A stretch of DNA of 64,000 bases from Scenedesmus sp. PABB004 (taxonomy: Eukaryota). This document shows positions 24,321-36,246 of this stretch, piece after piece. The DNA lies in the NCBI GenBank assembly GCA_014905635.1, contig JABVCE010000011.1, positions 1,054,001 through 1,118,000 of the forward strand. Reading direction: 5' to 3'. The notes beneath the pieces were generated by a model that saw only the letters and a program-made list of their open reading frames with translations, was not told the origin of the DNA and searched no databases. The translations under genes and the position numbers were made by a program. Within the stretch, counting starts at the first letter, position 1. Each line of letters begins with the position of its first letter.

Positions 24321-24755
24321 GCGCGGCGCGGCCGGAGGCAGCTGTGGTTGGGCGGGCGGGGGCGTCGGGAGGGCTGAAGAGCGCTGTACGCGGGGCGCCC
24401 GGCGGGCCGGCGGCTGCAGGCGCAGCGGCCGCCGCTGGCGCGCCCGGCGCGGCGGCGCGGCGCGCCTGGTAACACGGGCGCGCGACACTGGCGGCCGTGC
24501 GCGGCGCAGCAGCAGCGCACGAAGCAGCCGGGCGGTCAGTGACGGTCAACCTTTGCTGCAGCGACGCGCTGGCCCAGCATCGCGCCGGACGCTGCCCGCA
24601 CCGCCATCGCACGCCAGCACGCGCCCACGCACGCTGCGGCGCCAGGGAGCGCGGCGCCGTCCGCTGTCGCGCGTTCGCTGCTCGCGCGGCTGCCGCGCCC
24701 TGCTGCCGCTGGCGGCGCGGCGACAGCTATAGCGTCCGTCACATAGCGCGCAACC

Positions 24756-27700
24756 ATGACGGAGCCGGCGCCTGAGGGCGGCGGGCCGCTGGCGCGGCCA
24801 GCGGGTGCGCGGGCGCCGTCGCGAGCGGCAACGGCCCGCGCCGCCGCGCCGGCGCGCCTCACGCCCCGCACGCCCGCCCAGACGCGCCCGACGATGGCGA
24901 GCCCGAGGCCAGCTTCCTGCCGCCCTTTGCCAACGCCGACAACCGCGCACTCGATGCGCACATCCGGGTGCGCACGCGCGCGCCGCTGCTCGCCCTGCGC
25001 CCTGCGCCCCGCGCCGCCGCGCCGCCGCGCCGTGCCGGCAGCTCGCCCGCGTGGGTCTCTCACGCCTCCCTCGGCCCCGCAGGCGCTGGAGCGGCAGCTG
25101 GCGCAGGTGGACGCCGCGCTCGAGGAGAATGGCGGCCGCATCGGCGTCATGGACGAGCACCTCAAAAACGTGCAGCAGGAGATCACCTACACCGAGAGCC
25201 GGGTGGGGGCCCGCGCGGCGGCAGCGCCGCGGCGGGCGCGCGTGCGCGCGCTGGCCGACCCCCCCTCCTGTCTCGACGCGCCGCGCCGCGCGCGCTGCGC
25301 CGCGCCGCGCGCGCTGCGGCAGGTCGAGGCGGAGAAGCGGGAGGCCGAGACGGAGCAGCACCTCAAGATCATGGCCGACAAGGAGATCGTGAGCTGCCGG
25401 GCGGCCCTGCCACGGCCCTGCCGCGCCGCAGCGCGCGCGGCGCCGGCCGGCCGCCGACCGCGCCGCCGCCGCGCGTGCGCGCGCGCGTGCAGGCGCGCAT
25501 GCGGACCGACCTGGAGCGCCTCGGCCGCGAGCGCGGGGAGCTCGCGGAGCGCGTGGCGGGGCTGCAGGCGGGCATCTTCCGGGGCAGCGAGCGGCTGGAC
25601 CAGTTCAAGGAGCGCATGAGCTGGAACCAGGAGGAGCTCGAGCAGTGGGCGGTCGCGCAGCGCCAGAAGGAGGAGGACAACGCTGCGCTCGAAAAGTACA
25701 GGTGTGGCGCGCGCGGCGCCGCGTGCGCGAGCGCGCGCGCGTGCGCTGTGTGTGCGCGGCCGGCGCGACGCGCATGCCTCGCGACGCGCCTGCGCCCGGC
25801 CAGGCGGCAGGACGAGGGCAAGCTCAAGGACCTGGGCCTGGCGGTGGAGAAGCTCACCACGCGCGTCGCGGCGGCCAAGGACGCGCTGGACGCGGAGATC
25901 ACCGACACGCAGGCCGCGCAGACGCAGCTCGACCGCACCGCACAGGACTTTCGCGCGCTGCACGCGGAGCGCCAGGAGCTCATCCGGCAGTGGGACGAGG
26001 CGCGCGAGGCGATGCGGCACCGCGACGAGGCCATCCAGGCGCGCGCCGCACCGGGGCGGCGGGCGGCCGCGGCGGCGGGCGGGCGGGCGCGGCAGCGGCT
26101 GCCGGGGCCGCGGCGGCGGCCCACCGCGCCCGCCGGGGGCGCCCGGCCCTCGCCGCGCTGCGCAGGCGCTGGCGGCGGCGTATGCGGAGCGCAAGGCGCA
26201 GCTGAAGCAGAAGCAGGCGGAGCTGGACGCGCAGGCGCGCGCCCTGGCAGGTGTGCGCGCGCGGCGGCTGGCCGCTGCTGGCTGGGCTCGGCTCGCGGCG
26301 ACCCGGGCGGGGCGGCGCCGAGCGACGCCGCGGGGCCCCCCTGCGCGCCCGCAGGCGAGGGCGCGCGCAACCGGGAGCTGGAGGCACAGATCAGCCAATA
26401 CGAGCGCGAGCTGGGCAAGGCGCGCGACGCGCAGGTGGGCGGGAGGAGGGCGAGGCAGCGCGGTCCTGGCGGCGCGGGCGTCCGGCCGCGCCGCGCCGCG
26501 CCGCGCCGCGCAACCACCGAGGCGCTGGGAGCGCCGCCTGCACGCAGGCGGCCGAGGCGGCCCGGCTGGACGCGGCGGCCAGCCAGGTGGAGGTGCTGCA
26601 GAGCACGCTCGCCAAGGCGGCCAACGACCTGGCCGACGCGGGGACGGGCAACGCCGCGGCGCGGCGCGCGCTGGAGGAGAAGCGGTGCGGGCGGGGGCAG
26701 CGGCGGGGTGGTGTCGTGGCCGGCAGCGTGGGCCCCCGTGGCTGACGCCGCGACGCGGCCGCCGCCGAACCGCAGCGCGCGGCTGGAGGGTGTGCGCAAG
26801 AAGCACGCTGCGCTCAAAGCGCAGCTCGAGGGCGAGGCGGGCCAGCTGGGCAGCCTCGAGTCCAAGGCGCGCGGCGCTCTGGGAGCGACGCGGCGGCCCG
26901 GCCGAGGCCCGCGCCGCGCCTCGGCTGCGCTGCGCCCGGCCTCCCATGCCCCTGCCCCGCGCCGGCTGCCGCAGGTATCGCAGCTGGAGGCGCTGCGCCG
27001 GCGCGATGAGGCGGGCCTGCGCGCGCTGCAGGGCGAGCACGAGGCGCTGCGGCGCGAGGCGCTGCGCGCGGGCGCGTCGCTGCACGCGCTGCGCGTGCGC
27101 GAGAAGGAACTGGTCAGCGAGATCGCGGGCGGGCAGGGCCAGGCGCGCAACCTGGGCGCGCGCATGCGCGCGCTCGACGAGCAGCTGCTGCGCCAGGGCG
27201 AGCTGATGTACGCGGTGGACCTCAACCTGCAGGCGCGGCGCGGCGCGGCGCGTGCTCAGCGCGCCGGGCGTGCGCTGGCGCTGCCGCCGCCCCGCGCGCC
27301 GACCGTGCGCGCCCCGCGCGGCCGCGCCGCAGGAGATGGAGCGCCGCATCGCGCGCGCGGGCGGGCGCCGCAGCGACGACGAGGCGCGCGCGCTCAACGC
27401 GCGCATCGCCCAGCTGACCGAGGTCCTCGCCGGCGTGAACGCGGAGCACGCGATGCTGCTGGGCCAGGTCAAGCAGGCGGAGACCGACCTGGGCGAGGCG
27501 CGGCGCGCGAGCGGCGCGCTCGGCGCCGAGCAGCGCCGCGTCGGCGACGCGATCGATCGGCTGCGCCTCGAGACGGACAGCGCGGCGCGCGCGCTCAAGG
27601 CGGCCATCGGCGACAAGGAGCGCCAGCTGGTGGAGCACGACGTGCTCAAGCTGCAGGTGCACCGGCTGCGGCAGCTGCTCTCCATGGCCGCCGACGAGGT

Positions 27701-29702
27701 GTACAGCCTCGAGTCGCGCAAGGTGCAGCTCAAGCTGAGCCTGGACGAGCGGCGGCACGAGATCGAGGTGGGCGGCGCGGTTGGGCCGCCGCGCGCGCGT
27801 CGTCGCGGCCCGAGGCGCGCGCGCGCGCGCTGCCCGCGTGCACGCGGGCGCCTGGCCGACGCGCGCGCGCGCGGCGGCGCAGGTGCACCGGGACGGCCTG
27901 CGGGCGGAGCTGAAGCTTGTGCGCGACGACATCCACAGGTGGGGCGGAGGGGCACCCCACCCGCCGTCAGCGCGCCCGGCGGCCGTCAGCGACCGCTCCC
28001 GCGCGCGCGCGCCGTCCGCGCCGGCAGGGTGACGCTGGAGCTGCGCGACCGCGAGGCGCGCGCGGAGGCGCTGGGGGCCAAGTTTGAGGCGCTCGCGGGG
28101 CGGGGCCGCGGTGCCGACCCGGACGGCGGCGAGCCGCGGAGCCAGGCGTACTACATCATTAAGGTGAGGCCAGATCACACGCACACCTGGGGATGGGGCC
28201 AAAGGGCTCTGCTGCTGTGTGATGAGTACATCACTGTGTGCGTATTTGCTTGCGGGTGTCCGGAGGTGGTTGTGGCAGGGAGGGAGGGGCCGTGGCCGTG
28301 CGGGGCCGCCGCGCGCGCGGCGCCGAGCGCGCCGGGCGGGGCCGCCGCCGCCGCGCGCGCACGCAGGCGGCGCAGGAGCGGGAGGGGCTGCAGGTCGCGG
28401 GCGACGCGCTGGACGCCAAGATCACGCAGTCAGAGGCGGAGGTAGGGCGGCGGTCACGCACGGCGCGGCGCGACGCGCGGTTGGCCGGCGGCGGCGCAGC
28501 GCGCGCGGCGCAGCTCGCACGGGGTCTCGCAAGAGCGGCGCGCGCCCGGCCGCGCGCAGGTGGCGATGCTGCACAGCACGCTGGCGCAGATGCAGGCGAC
28601 CAACGTGGCGTTCAACTCCAGCCTGCGCGCGGGCGACACCAAGGCGACGCAGCAGGAGAAGGCGGCGCTGCGGTGCGCGGGGTGGGGTTTGTGAGTGGGA
28701 GGAGGGGTCTGCGCGCCACAGGCAGGGGGAGCCAGAGCCCGGCTGGCCGACGCGCCGCGCGCCGGCGGCGGCCCCGCGCCGCGCACGCGCAGGGAGCAGC
28801 TGGACGCCAGCTACGACCGACTCAAGGCGCTGCGCGCCCAGGAGGCAGCGCTGCTGGCCGAGGCCGCGGCCGCGGCGGCGGCGGGCAGCAGCAGCGACGA
28901 CGAGCTGGCGGCCATGACCGCGGCCGTGGCCGACCTGGCGCGCAGAAAGGTGGGGCGGCGCGTGGCGGGGCCGGGGCTGTCGGGGCCGGGGCTGGGGCGC
29001 GCGCGCGCGCGCGGGGGTGCGGGAGACGGTGCCCGCCCAGCCCGCCGCACGCGCCCCCGCGGCCCGCGCAGGCCGAGGCGGAGCGGCAGCTGGACGAGCA
29101 GCGCGAGCGGGAGGCCCGCGCGGCCAAGGCGCTGGCGCGCGCGCAGAAGCTGGTCGCGACGCAGGCGGCCATGGCCGCGGCGCAGGGCGGCGACGCCGGC
29201 GGCGGCGACGGCAGCGGCAGCGCGCGCGGGCGGTCGTCAGGCGGCGCGGGCGGCGCGGCCGCGCCGCTGGACGCGCAGGAGGTGCAGCGAGAGGTGCAGC
29301 TGGCCGAGGCGCGCGGCGTGACGCGCACGATGCTGCAGGAGCTGCGCGCGCTCGCGGTCGCGCACCCGGGTGAGGCGCGGCGCGCGGCGCGGCGCGCGGC
29401 AGGAGCGGCGCGCGCGCGCCCGCCTCTCAGCGCCCACCGCCGCACCGGGCGCAGAGGCGGGCATCGCCGGCGCGCTCGAGGCGGCGGGCTTCAGGCTGCC
29501 GGCCGGGGCCAGCAGCGCGGCGAGCAGCCGCGCGGGCAGCGTGGCCGGCGGCAGCCGCGCCGGCTCCCTCAGCAGCGGGCCGTCGGCCGCGAGCAGCCTC
29601 GGCGCCGCGAGCGCCAAGGGCGCCGGGCGCTCAGGCGGTGGCGGTGTCGCCCGGATCGCGTCGCTGAAGACCGTGGAGCTGGGCGGCGGCGAGGGCTGCT
29701 GA
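24756..29702 (+). CDS. CCDC39: CCDC39/FAP59 axonemal 96-nm ruler coiled-coil protein
   Basis: FLPPFANADNRAL, MDEHLKNVQQE, MSWNQEELEQW...QKEEDN, AQTQLDRTAQDFRALHAERQELIRQW, DEVYSLESRK, EPRSQAYYIIK|AAQEREGLQ...GDALDAKI. About 18 introns, three with GC donors. Confidence 0.93.
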
Positions 29703-29948
29703 CTGACGGGCGGCGGCCGCCGCAAGTGTGGCGGCGGCCGCAAGTGTGGCGGCGAGTGGCGACGCCCGAACCGCGGACGGCGGCGCGACCAAACCCGCAG
29801 CCCTCTCGCCCCTCCCGCCAGATCTTGGTGTCGACGCCGCGCGCCGCCCGAGACAGAGCAGAGAGCCGCTCGCACGCGCACGCCCACGACCCCGGCATCG
29901 CGGCCAGGCACGCGCCGGCGCGCAGCCGCAGCGCCCGCAGCCGCCGCC

Positions 29949-31346
29949 ATGTTGCGCGTCGCAGCGCGCGCGGTCGGTCGCGGCGGGCTGGCGGCGCACC
30001 GCCTCGCCGGCAGCGCTGGATCGGCGCCCTCGCGGGCCAACCCACGCACCGACCTCGCCGGCTCGCCCAGCGCCTTCAGCTGCGCCCCAGGTGTGGCTCG
30101 GCGCAAGTTCACGCCTCCCAGACCGCTCGCGGGGGCGCGCGCGGCGCGGGCGCGGCACCAGCCCGCCGCGATGTGCCCACAACCTCCGTCACGGCTGCCC
30201 GAACGCAGGGCGCGCCTTCGCCAGCATCAGCGACCTCCTCTGGCGCCGCAGCGACCAGGCGGGCGCGACGCCCGCGACGCAGCGGCCCAGCTGCAGCGCC
30301 GCTGGCCCGGGCGCCGCCGCTGGGCCGAGCGGCGTGGACCTCATGCGCAGCGCGCTCGCTGGGATCGACGCCGAGCACGCCCTGGTCTCGCGCGCCGCGG
30401 AGGCGTGGGGCATCCCGGCCGAGGTGCTGACCAGCCACGTGCAGGCGCTCGCTCGCCTGATGGGGCCCGCGGGCTTCGACACGCCCGCGCACGCGCTCTG
30501 GGTGCGCGCAGCGCGGAGCGCGGCGCGCGCGGCGGCCCGGTCGCAGGACGCTGCGCGCCCTGCCCCACTCCCCGCCAACATGCGCGCGCCCGCGCCGCCG
30601 CCGCCGCCGCCGCGCGCCGACAGATGATGGTCCGCGCCCCGCAGCTGCGCGACTGCGGCGAGGCGGCGCTGCGCGGCGCGGCGCGCCGGCTTTCGGCGCT
30701 CGCGGCCGACGCGGGGCTCGACCGCGGCGCGCTGCTGTCGGCGGCGTACCGGCGGCCCTGGATGCTCGCGGCGATGCAGGCGCCCGCGCCGCCCGCGGGC
30801 GGCGCGCCCGGCTGGCGGCGCGAGCTCGCGTCGCTGCTGCTCGAGGTCGAGGCGCTCGGCGGCGGCGGCGCCAGCGCGGCGCCGGCCGGCGCATCGCCCG
30901 CAGCGCCGGCGCGGGCGGTGCGCGCGTACCTGGCGTTCGCCGAGGCGGCGGCCGCGGTCAGCGGCGGCGCCCGCGCGGTCGCGGCCGCGGTCGCGCCGGC
31001 GGTGCGCTCCACGCCGGCGCCTCGGGCGCGCGACGGCGGCAGCGGCGGCGGCGGCCGCGGGGGCGGCGGCGGCGACGCGTGCGTGGCCGTGGCGCCCGAC
31101 CTGCAGCAGCTGCTGGGGGCGTGCCCGCCGCTCGTGGCGTGCCCGCAGCAGCGCTGGCACGCGCTGCTGGCGGGGCTGCGCTGCACGGCGCGCCCCGACG
31201 GCCCGGCCGCGGCTGCCCAGCTGCTGGCGTGCAACCCCTACCTGCTGGCGGGCCACACGGCTGCGGACGGCGCCTGGCACGACTACGACGGCGGCGTGGG
31301 CGGCACGGCCGCGGAGCCGCCGGTGCGCGCGTTTGCGTGGGTGTGA
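29949..31346 (+). CDS. Uncharacterised protein with mitochondrial-type presequence
   Basis: MLRVAARAVGRGGLAAHRL N-terminus. Two GT-AG introns join RAFASISDLLW...HALW|MMVRAPQL...AYRRPWML...NPYLL; ends VRAFAWV*. Weak mTERF-like periodicity. Confidence 0.6.
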   Translation: MLRVAARAVGRGGLAAHRLAGSAGSAPSRANPRTDLAGSPSAFSCAPGVARRKFTPPRPLAGARAARARHQPAAMCPQPPSRLPERRARLRQHQRPPLAPQRPGGRDARDAAAQLQRRWPGRRRWAERRGPHAQRARWDRRRARPGLARRGGVGHPGRGADQPRAGARSPDGARGLRHARARALGARSAERGARGGPVAGRCAPCPTPRQHARARAAAAAAARRQMMVRAPQLRDCGEAALRGAARRLSALAADAGLDRGALLSAAYRRPWMLAAMQAPAPPAGGAPGWRRELASLLLEVEALGGGGASAAPAGASPAAPARAVRAYLAFAEAAAAVSGGARAVAAAVAPAVRSTPAPRARDGGSGGGGRGGGGGDACVAVAPDLQQLLGACPPLVACPQQRWHALLAGLRCTARPDGPAAAAQLLACNPYLLAGHTAADGAWHDYDGGVGGTAAEPPVRAFAWV

Positions 31347-31854
31347 GGGTCTATGTCTCACGCCGCGGGGACCCGCGTGTGTGTACAGATTTTGCTGCCA
31401 GCGCCTGCTGCTGCTCTCTTCATTCCCACCACCACGTGTGTGTAGTAGTAGCCAGCATCACGCCAGGACCCGGCGGGCGGCCCGCGCCCTGCCCCCCTGC
31501 TTTTTTGTGCGCGCTCCAGCGGGCAGCAGCAGCTCGGTCATCGTAGTAGGCGGCTCGGCGGCGGGCTTTGTACAATAGCGACTGCGCGGTCGGGACTCGC
31601 GCATGCGGTGTGTGTCTCGTGTGTGGCGGCGGCCGCGAATTGGCGGCGGCGGCGCGTTATCGGTGCGGCGCCCGGGGTGTTGTCCTGTGCTTTTTGCTTA
31701 CGCATGGCAGGGGCGGGCTCGCTGATCACGGAACCAATCCCTCACCAGGCGACGACGGTCAGGACGGTCACGTCGCAGCGCGGTGCAGCGCGCGTCAGCA
31801 ACCATGAGTGGCGTTGGCGCCACGGAGTAACGGCGCGGGAGTCTCTCACCCGCG

Positions 31855-33531
31855 TCACTCGTCGCCCGCGCCCAGGTCGGCGAGGCGGTGCGACGCCGCG
31901 CCGGCGCCGCCCGCGCCGCCGCCGGCGTGCGCCTCGAGCCGGATCTGCGCGCTGCGCGCGCCGTCCTCGACCAGCGCCGCCGCGGCGTCGAGCCGCGCCG
32001 CGACGTGCTGCGCGCGCGCGCGCGCCCTGCGCCGCCGCCGCCGCGGCCGCCGCGCCGGCCGCCGCCGCCGCGAGGGCCGCCTGCACCTCGCCGCCGGGCG
32101 CCCAGTGCGCCTGCAGCTTGGCGCGCGCCAGCGCGCCCGCCTGCCGGCGCCGGGGCGGGCGGCTGACGGTCAGGCGCGCCCAGGCCGCGTGGCCCGGGTG
32201 CTGCCGCGCGCGCGCCGCGCCGCACCTCCTGCGCGCTGCGGCAGGCCGCGAGCGCGCGGCCCAGGTTGTCCGCGACCTCGGGCGCCGCGTCGGCCCCGCC
32301 GGCGTCGCCGCCGCCGTCGGCGGGCAGCGGGTGCACCCACACGGGCTTGCCCTCGGCCCAGCTGCCCGCCCAGCGCTGGCCTGCGCGTCGCGCGCCGCGC
32401 CGCGCTTGAGCACACGGCGCGGCGCGACGCGCGCGCTGCGCGCCGCCAGTCCAAAGCGTCTCGCGCCGCGCACCCGTCTCCACGGTGTACACGCTCCAGC
32501 CGTGCTTCTTGCCCTTCTCCCAGCGCCCCTCGTAGCGCTGCCCGCTGCTGAACATGTAGACGCCGTACCCCTGCGCGCGCGCGCGGCGCCGGCCCCCCGC
32601 GGTGGCACGGCCGTCGGCGACGGCGACGGCGCCGCGGCGTGCGCAGCCCCGCCCAGCCCGCCCCGCCGCGGTGCCGCGTGCCTGGGGTATGTCGTCCTCG
32701 TACTCGCCCGCAAAGGCGTCGCCGTTGGGGAAGGCGTAGACGCCGTGCCCGCTGCGCTTGCCGCGCGCGTAGTCGCCGACGTAGCTGCTGTCATCCGTGC
32801 ACTGCGCGCGCGGCCGGCCGCGCGCGGCGCGTGAGGGCAGGGCGCTCGCGCGCCGCGCCGCGCGCGCTGTGTGCGCCACACGCCACACCACGCCGCGCCG
32901 TCCGCCGCGCCGCGCTGCGCGCGCCTGCTGCATGCCCGGGCCGTCGCGCAGGCCGCGCGCCCACGCGCCCTCGTAGAAGTCGCCGTTGTGGAAGCGGCAC
33001 GCGCCCCAGCCGTGGCGCAGCCCGCCGGCGTACTGCCCCGCGTAGGCGGAGCCCTTGGCAAAGGCCTCCGCGCCGGCGCCCTCGTACGCCGCGCCCGCCC
33101 ACTCGCCCTCAAACCTGCGCGCGGGGGCGGCCGCGTGGGGCCGCGCGCGCCGCCGACGCCGCAGCGCCGCGCGCTGATGCCCCCCTTCCGACCCCCTCCC
33201 CGGGCTGCACGCGCCTGCCCTCGGGCGCAAAGGCGTACACGCCCGCGCCGGCCATGCGGTCGTCCCTGAACTCGCCCTCGTACACGTCGCCGTTGGCAAA
33301 GAAGTAGCTGCCCTCGCCGTCCTTGCGCGCGCCCGCGTAGCGCCCCTGCGCAACGCGCCGCCGGCGACTCTCGGTCGCCAGGGGCTGGCAGGTGTGTGGG
33401 GCCCCGCCCCGGCGCGCGTGCACGCACACGCGCGCGCAAGCAAACACACCTTGTAGACGTCGCCGTTGCGCAGCTGCTTCATGGAGCAGTCGCCGAGCTT
33501 GAGCACCTTGGTGGTGGTGGCCGCGCCCCCG

Positions 33532-33562
<31 letters not shown>

Positions 33563-35921
33563 CGCGTCGGCGAGGAACTGCGCGGCCGCGGCCGCGCCCT
33601 CGCGGTGGCACCGCGCCATGAGCGCGCCGTACGCCGCGCCGACGCCGCGCAGCGCGCCGTGGAGCGCCGCGGTCGACGCGAGCAGCTTCTGCAGGGCGCT
33701 GAGCTGCGGGTTGCGCGCCGCCGCGGCGCCGGCGAGCGGGCAGGCCGCCGCGGCGGCGCCGAGCGCCGCGCTCGAGGCGTCCAGCGCGCCGCGCGCGGCG
33801 ACGAACTCCTGCGCCGGCACGCGCGGTTGGGACGATACCGAACCGGCGCCGGGGCCTGACGATTGTCGCGGCGTGGCCGTCCGCGCCGCACCCGCCGCGC
33901 ACCTGCTGCAGCGCGGCCGCCCGCGCCTTGACCTCGTCCGCGCTGCCGTCCGCCTTGCGCCCGCACACGGCCGCGACGTCCGACAGCAGCAGCGCCACGT
34001 GCCGGGCCGTCGTCGCCGCCGCGTCCTGCAGGCTCCTGATCTTGCCCCTGCGGCGCCCGGTGGGCGCGGCGGCGCGCGCAGCCGGCGCGGTCAGCGGCCG
34101 CCGCGCGCCGCGCGTCGTGCGCCCGATGCGTGCCACCAGCTGCTGCCCTGCGGCGCGGGCCACTGCATGCATATGCACTGCGCAGCGCCTGCAGCAGCAG
34201 GCCGCGCGCGCCTGAAGACGTAGCTGTCGCTGCAGGTGGGCAGCCCGGCCGCGATCTGGTCCATGCTGCCCCGCGCCTTGCCCAGCACGCCGACCGCCTC
34301 GCCCGCGACGCCGAGGCACGTCTCCAGCTGCGCGCGGCCGCCAGGGCTCAGCGGCCTGCGGCGGTGGCGGCGGCGGCGGCCTCGCGTCAGCGCTGCGCGC
34401 GCCCCCGCGCGCCGCCGCGAGCCCGCGCACGCGCGCGCCGCACCTGGTCATGCGGCTGCTGATGGCGTCCTCGGGGATCACGAGGCGCGTGGGGCCGCCC
34501 GGGTCGTCCGGCGCGGCGCGCGCGCCGGCGGCCTCCTCCTTGCGCGAGGGGACGACCGCGACGTGGAACACGGCGACGCCAGGCTGCGCGCGGCGCGGCA
34601 CGGTGCAGCGCGCTGCTCAGACGGCGCTGGCCGGGCCGTCCTGCAAGTCGGGCAGCCGGGCAGCGGCCCCACCTCGTCCTCGCCGGCCTCGTCGCCGTGG
34701 CGCTTGGCCGCCGCGCCCGCCGCGGCTGCTGCGGGTGCCGCCGCCGCGCCCGCCGCCGCGCCCGCCGCCGCGCCCCCGCCCGGCGCGGCGTCCCTGCTGC
34801 GGCTGGCCGTCGGCACGCGCGCGGGCGCGCAGGGCCGCCGGCCGCCGGCCTTGTCCTCGCGCTCAGGGCTGCCGCCGCCCGCCGCCGTGGCGCTGTGCAC
34901 CACCTTGCGCCCGGCCACGTGCGACGCGGACGGCGCAAAGCTGCCGCTCGCGCGCAGCCCGCCGCGCACGGGCGAGCCCTCCAGCGCCGAGCCCCAGTTG
35001 CCGGAGGACCGGTTGACTGCGCGGCAGCGCGGCGGCACGGCGGGGCGCGGCGGCCAGGTCGGGCGGCCAGGTCGGGCGGCCGGGTCGGCCGGCGCCCGGC
35101 CGCGCCGCGGCGCGCGCTCCCAGCAGCTGGCAGCAGCGGCCGCCGCCGACTCACGGCCGCTGCGCCCGGCCGCCTGGCTGGCCGACATCCACGCCGGCAT
35201 GGGCACCGCGTCGACGCCGCCGCGCAGCGTGATGGCGCGGCGCTCGCGGCCGTCGTAGCCCTCGCGGGCCTTGAGCTCTGCCGGGCGGCCGGCGGGGGCA
35301 ATTGGTCGTGCGCGCCTGCACGCAGGACAGCCCCCGCGGAGGCACGCCAGGCGCCGCGCGCGCGCCGCTCACTCAGGAGCCACTTGTAAAAGTACTGCAG
35401 CAGCTCCAGCAGCTCGACGCGGGAGCCGCGGGACAGCTTGCTCACCGCGATGTCCTGGCGGCGGCGGTGCGGGGGCGTGGCGGGGCATGACACCATGCGC
35501 GGGGCGCGGCGGGCACGTGGCGTGGGCTCGCGCCGGCGGGCGCGCACCCGCGTGAGGCCGATGGCAGTGAAGCCCTGCTGCAGGACCTTGTAGTTGGCGA
35601 GCGCCTCGTACTCGCTCGCGGCGTGGTAGTTGACCTGCGCGCGGCGGTTGCGCGGCGGCTGGGCGGGGGCGGCTGTGTCTGCCGGGCGCGGCGGCGCCGG
35701 CAGGGCGCGCGCCGCGCCTTGGCCATCGGCACGGCGTCGCTGAAGTACGCGTCGAGGAGCTGGCAGAAGACGGCGCCGCTGCTGAACTGCTCCAGCCGGC
35801 CGAGCTGCAGCTCCAGGAGGCCGTTGACCCACTCCAGCAGCTCGGTCTTGCTGGCGTAGAGGTAGCCCTCGGCGGGCGACTCGTACGGCGCGGCGCCGCC
35901 GGCGCCGGCGCTGCTCGCCAT
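31855..35921 (-). CDS. EB1/RP1-type calponin-homology domain fused to helical region and MORN repeats (two apparent frameshifts)
   Basis: N-terminus SKTELLEWVNGLL...SGAVFCQLLD...VNYHAASEYEALANYKVLQQGF...LQYFYKW...YDGRERR (EB1-type CH). C-terminus has multiple MORN units (NGDVYEGEFRDDRMAGAGVY, NGDFYEGAWARGLRDGPG, SGQRYEGRWEKGKKHGWS). About 14 introns in compatible phases. Confidence 0.75.
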
Positions 35922-36025
35922 CGCGCGCCGTGCGCGGCGGCGGGGCGGGGGTGCGCTGCGAGGCCAGGCGATGGCGTCACACGCGCCGTGCGCGCGCGGG
36001 GATGCAGCCGGTGGGCGAGTCGGGG

Positions 36026-36051
36026 GAAATCGGGCCAGCAGGCCCGGTTTC
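36026..36051. promoter_or_regulatory. Dyad/inverted repeat in bidirectional promoter between CH-MORN gene and ARL6
   Basis: GAAATCGGGCC-AGCA-GGCCCGGTTTC (10 of 11 positions complementary) in the 325-bp head-to-head interval. Confidence 0.35.
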
Positions 36052-36246
36052 AGGGCTGCATTGACCGAACCGACCGTCGCGTCTGGTTTCGTTGTCTTTC
36101 ACGCCGCGCCCGTTTCGACGAGCACGCGCTGATACCCGCAACCCGCACTCACGCACGCGCGCCCGCAGCAGCACCCGCCGCAGCGCGGTCGGCGATGCGC
36201 CGGGCGGCCGCCGGCTGAGCGGCGCGCCGCGCGGCGAGCGCCCGCC

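Noticed and set aside
28164..28366. Lower-GC CCDC39 intron with GTGATGA and a small GTGATG/CATCAC hairpin
   Set aside because: No downstream CTGA D box within the intron, and the stem is too short to be significant.
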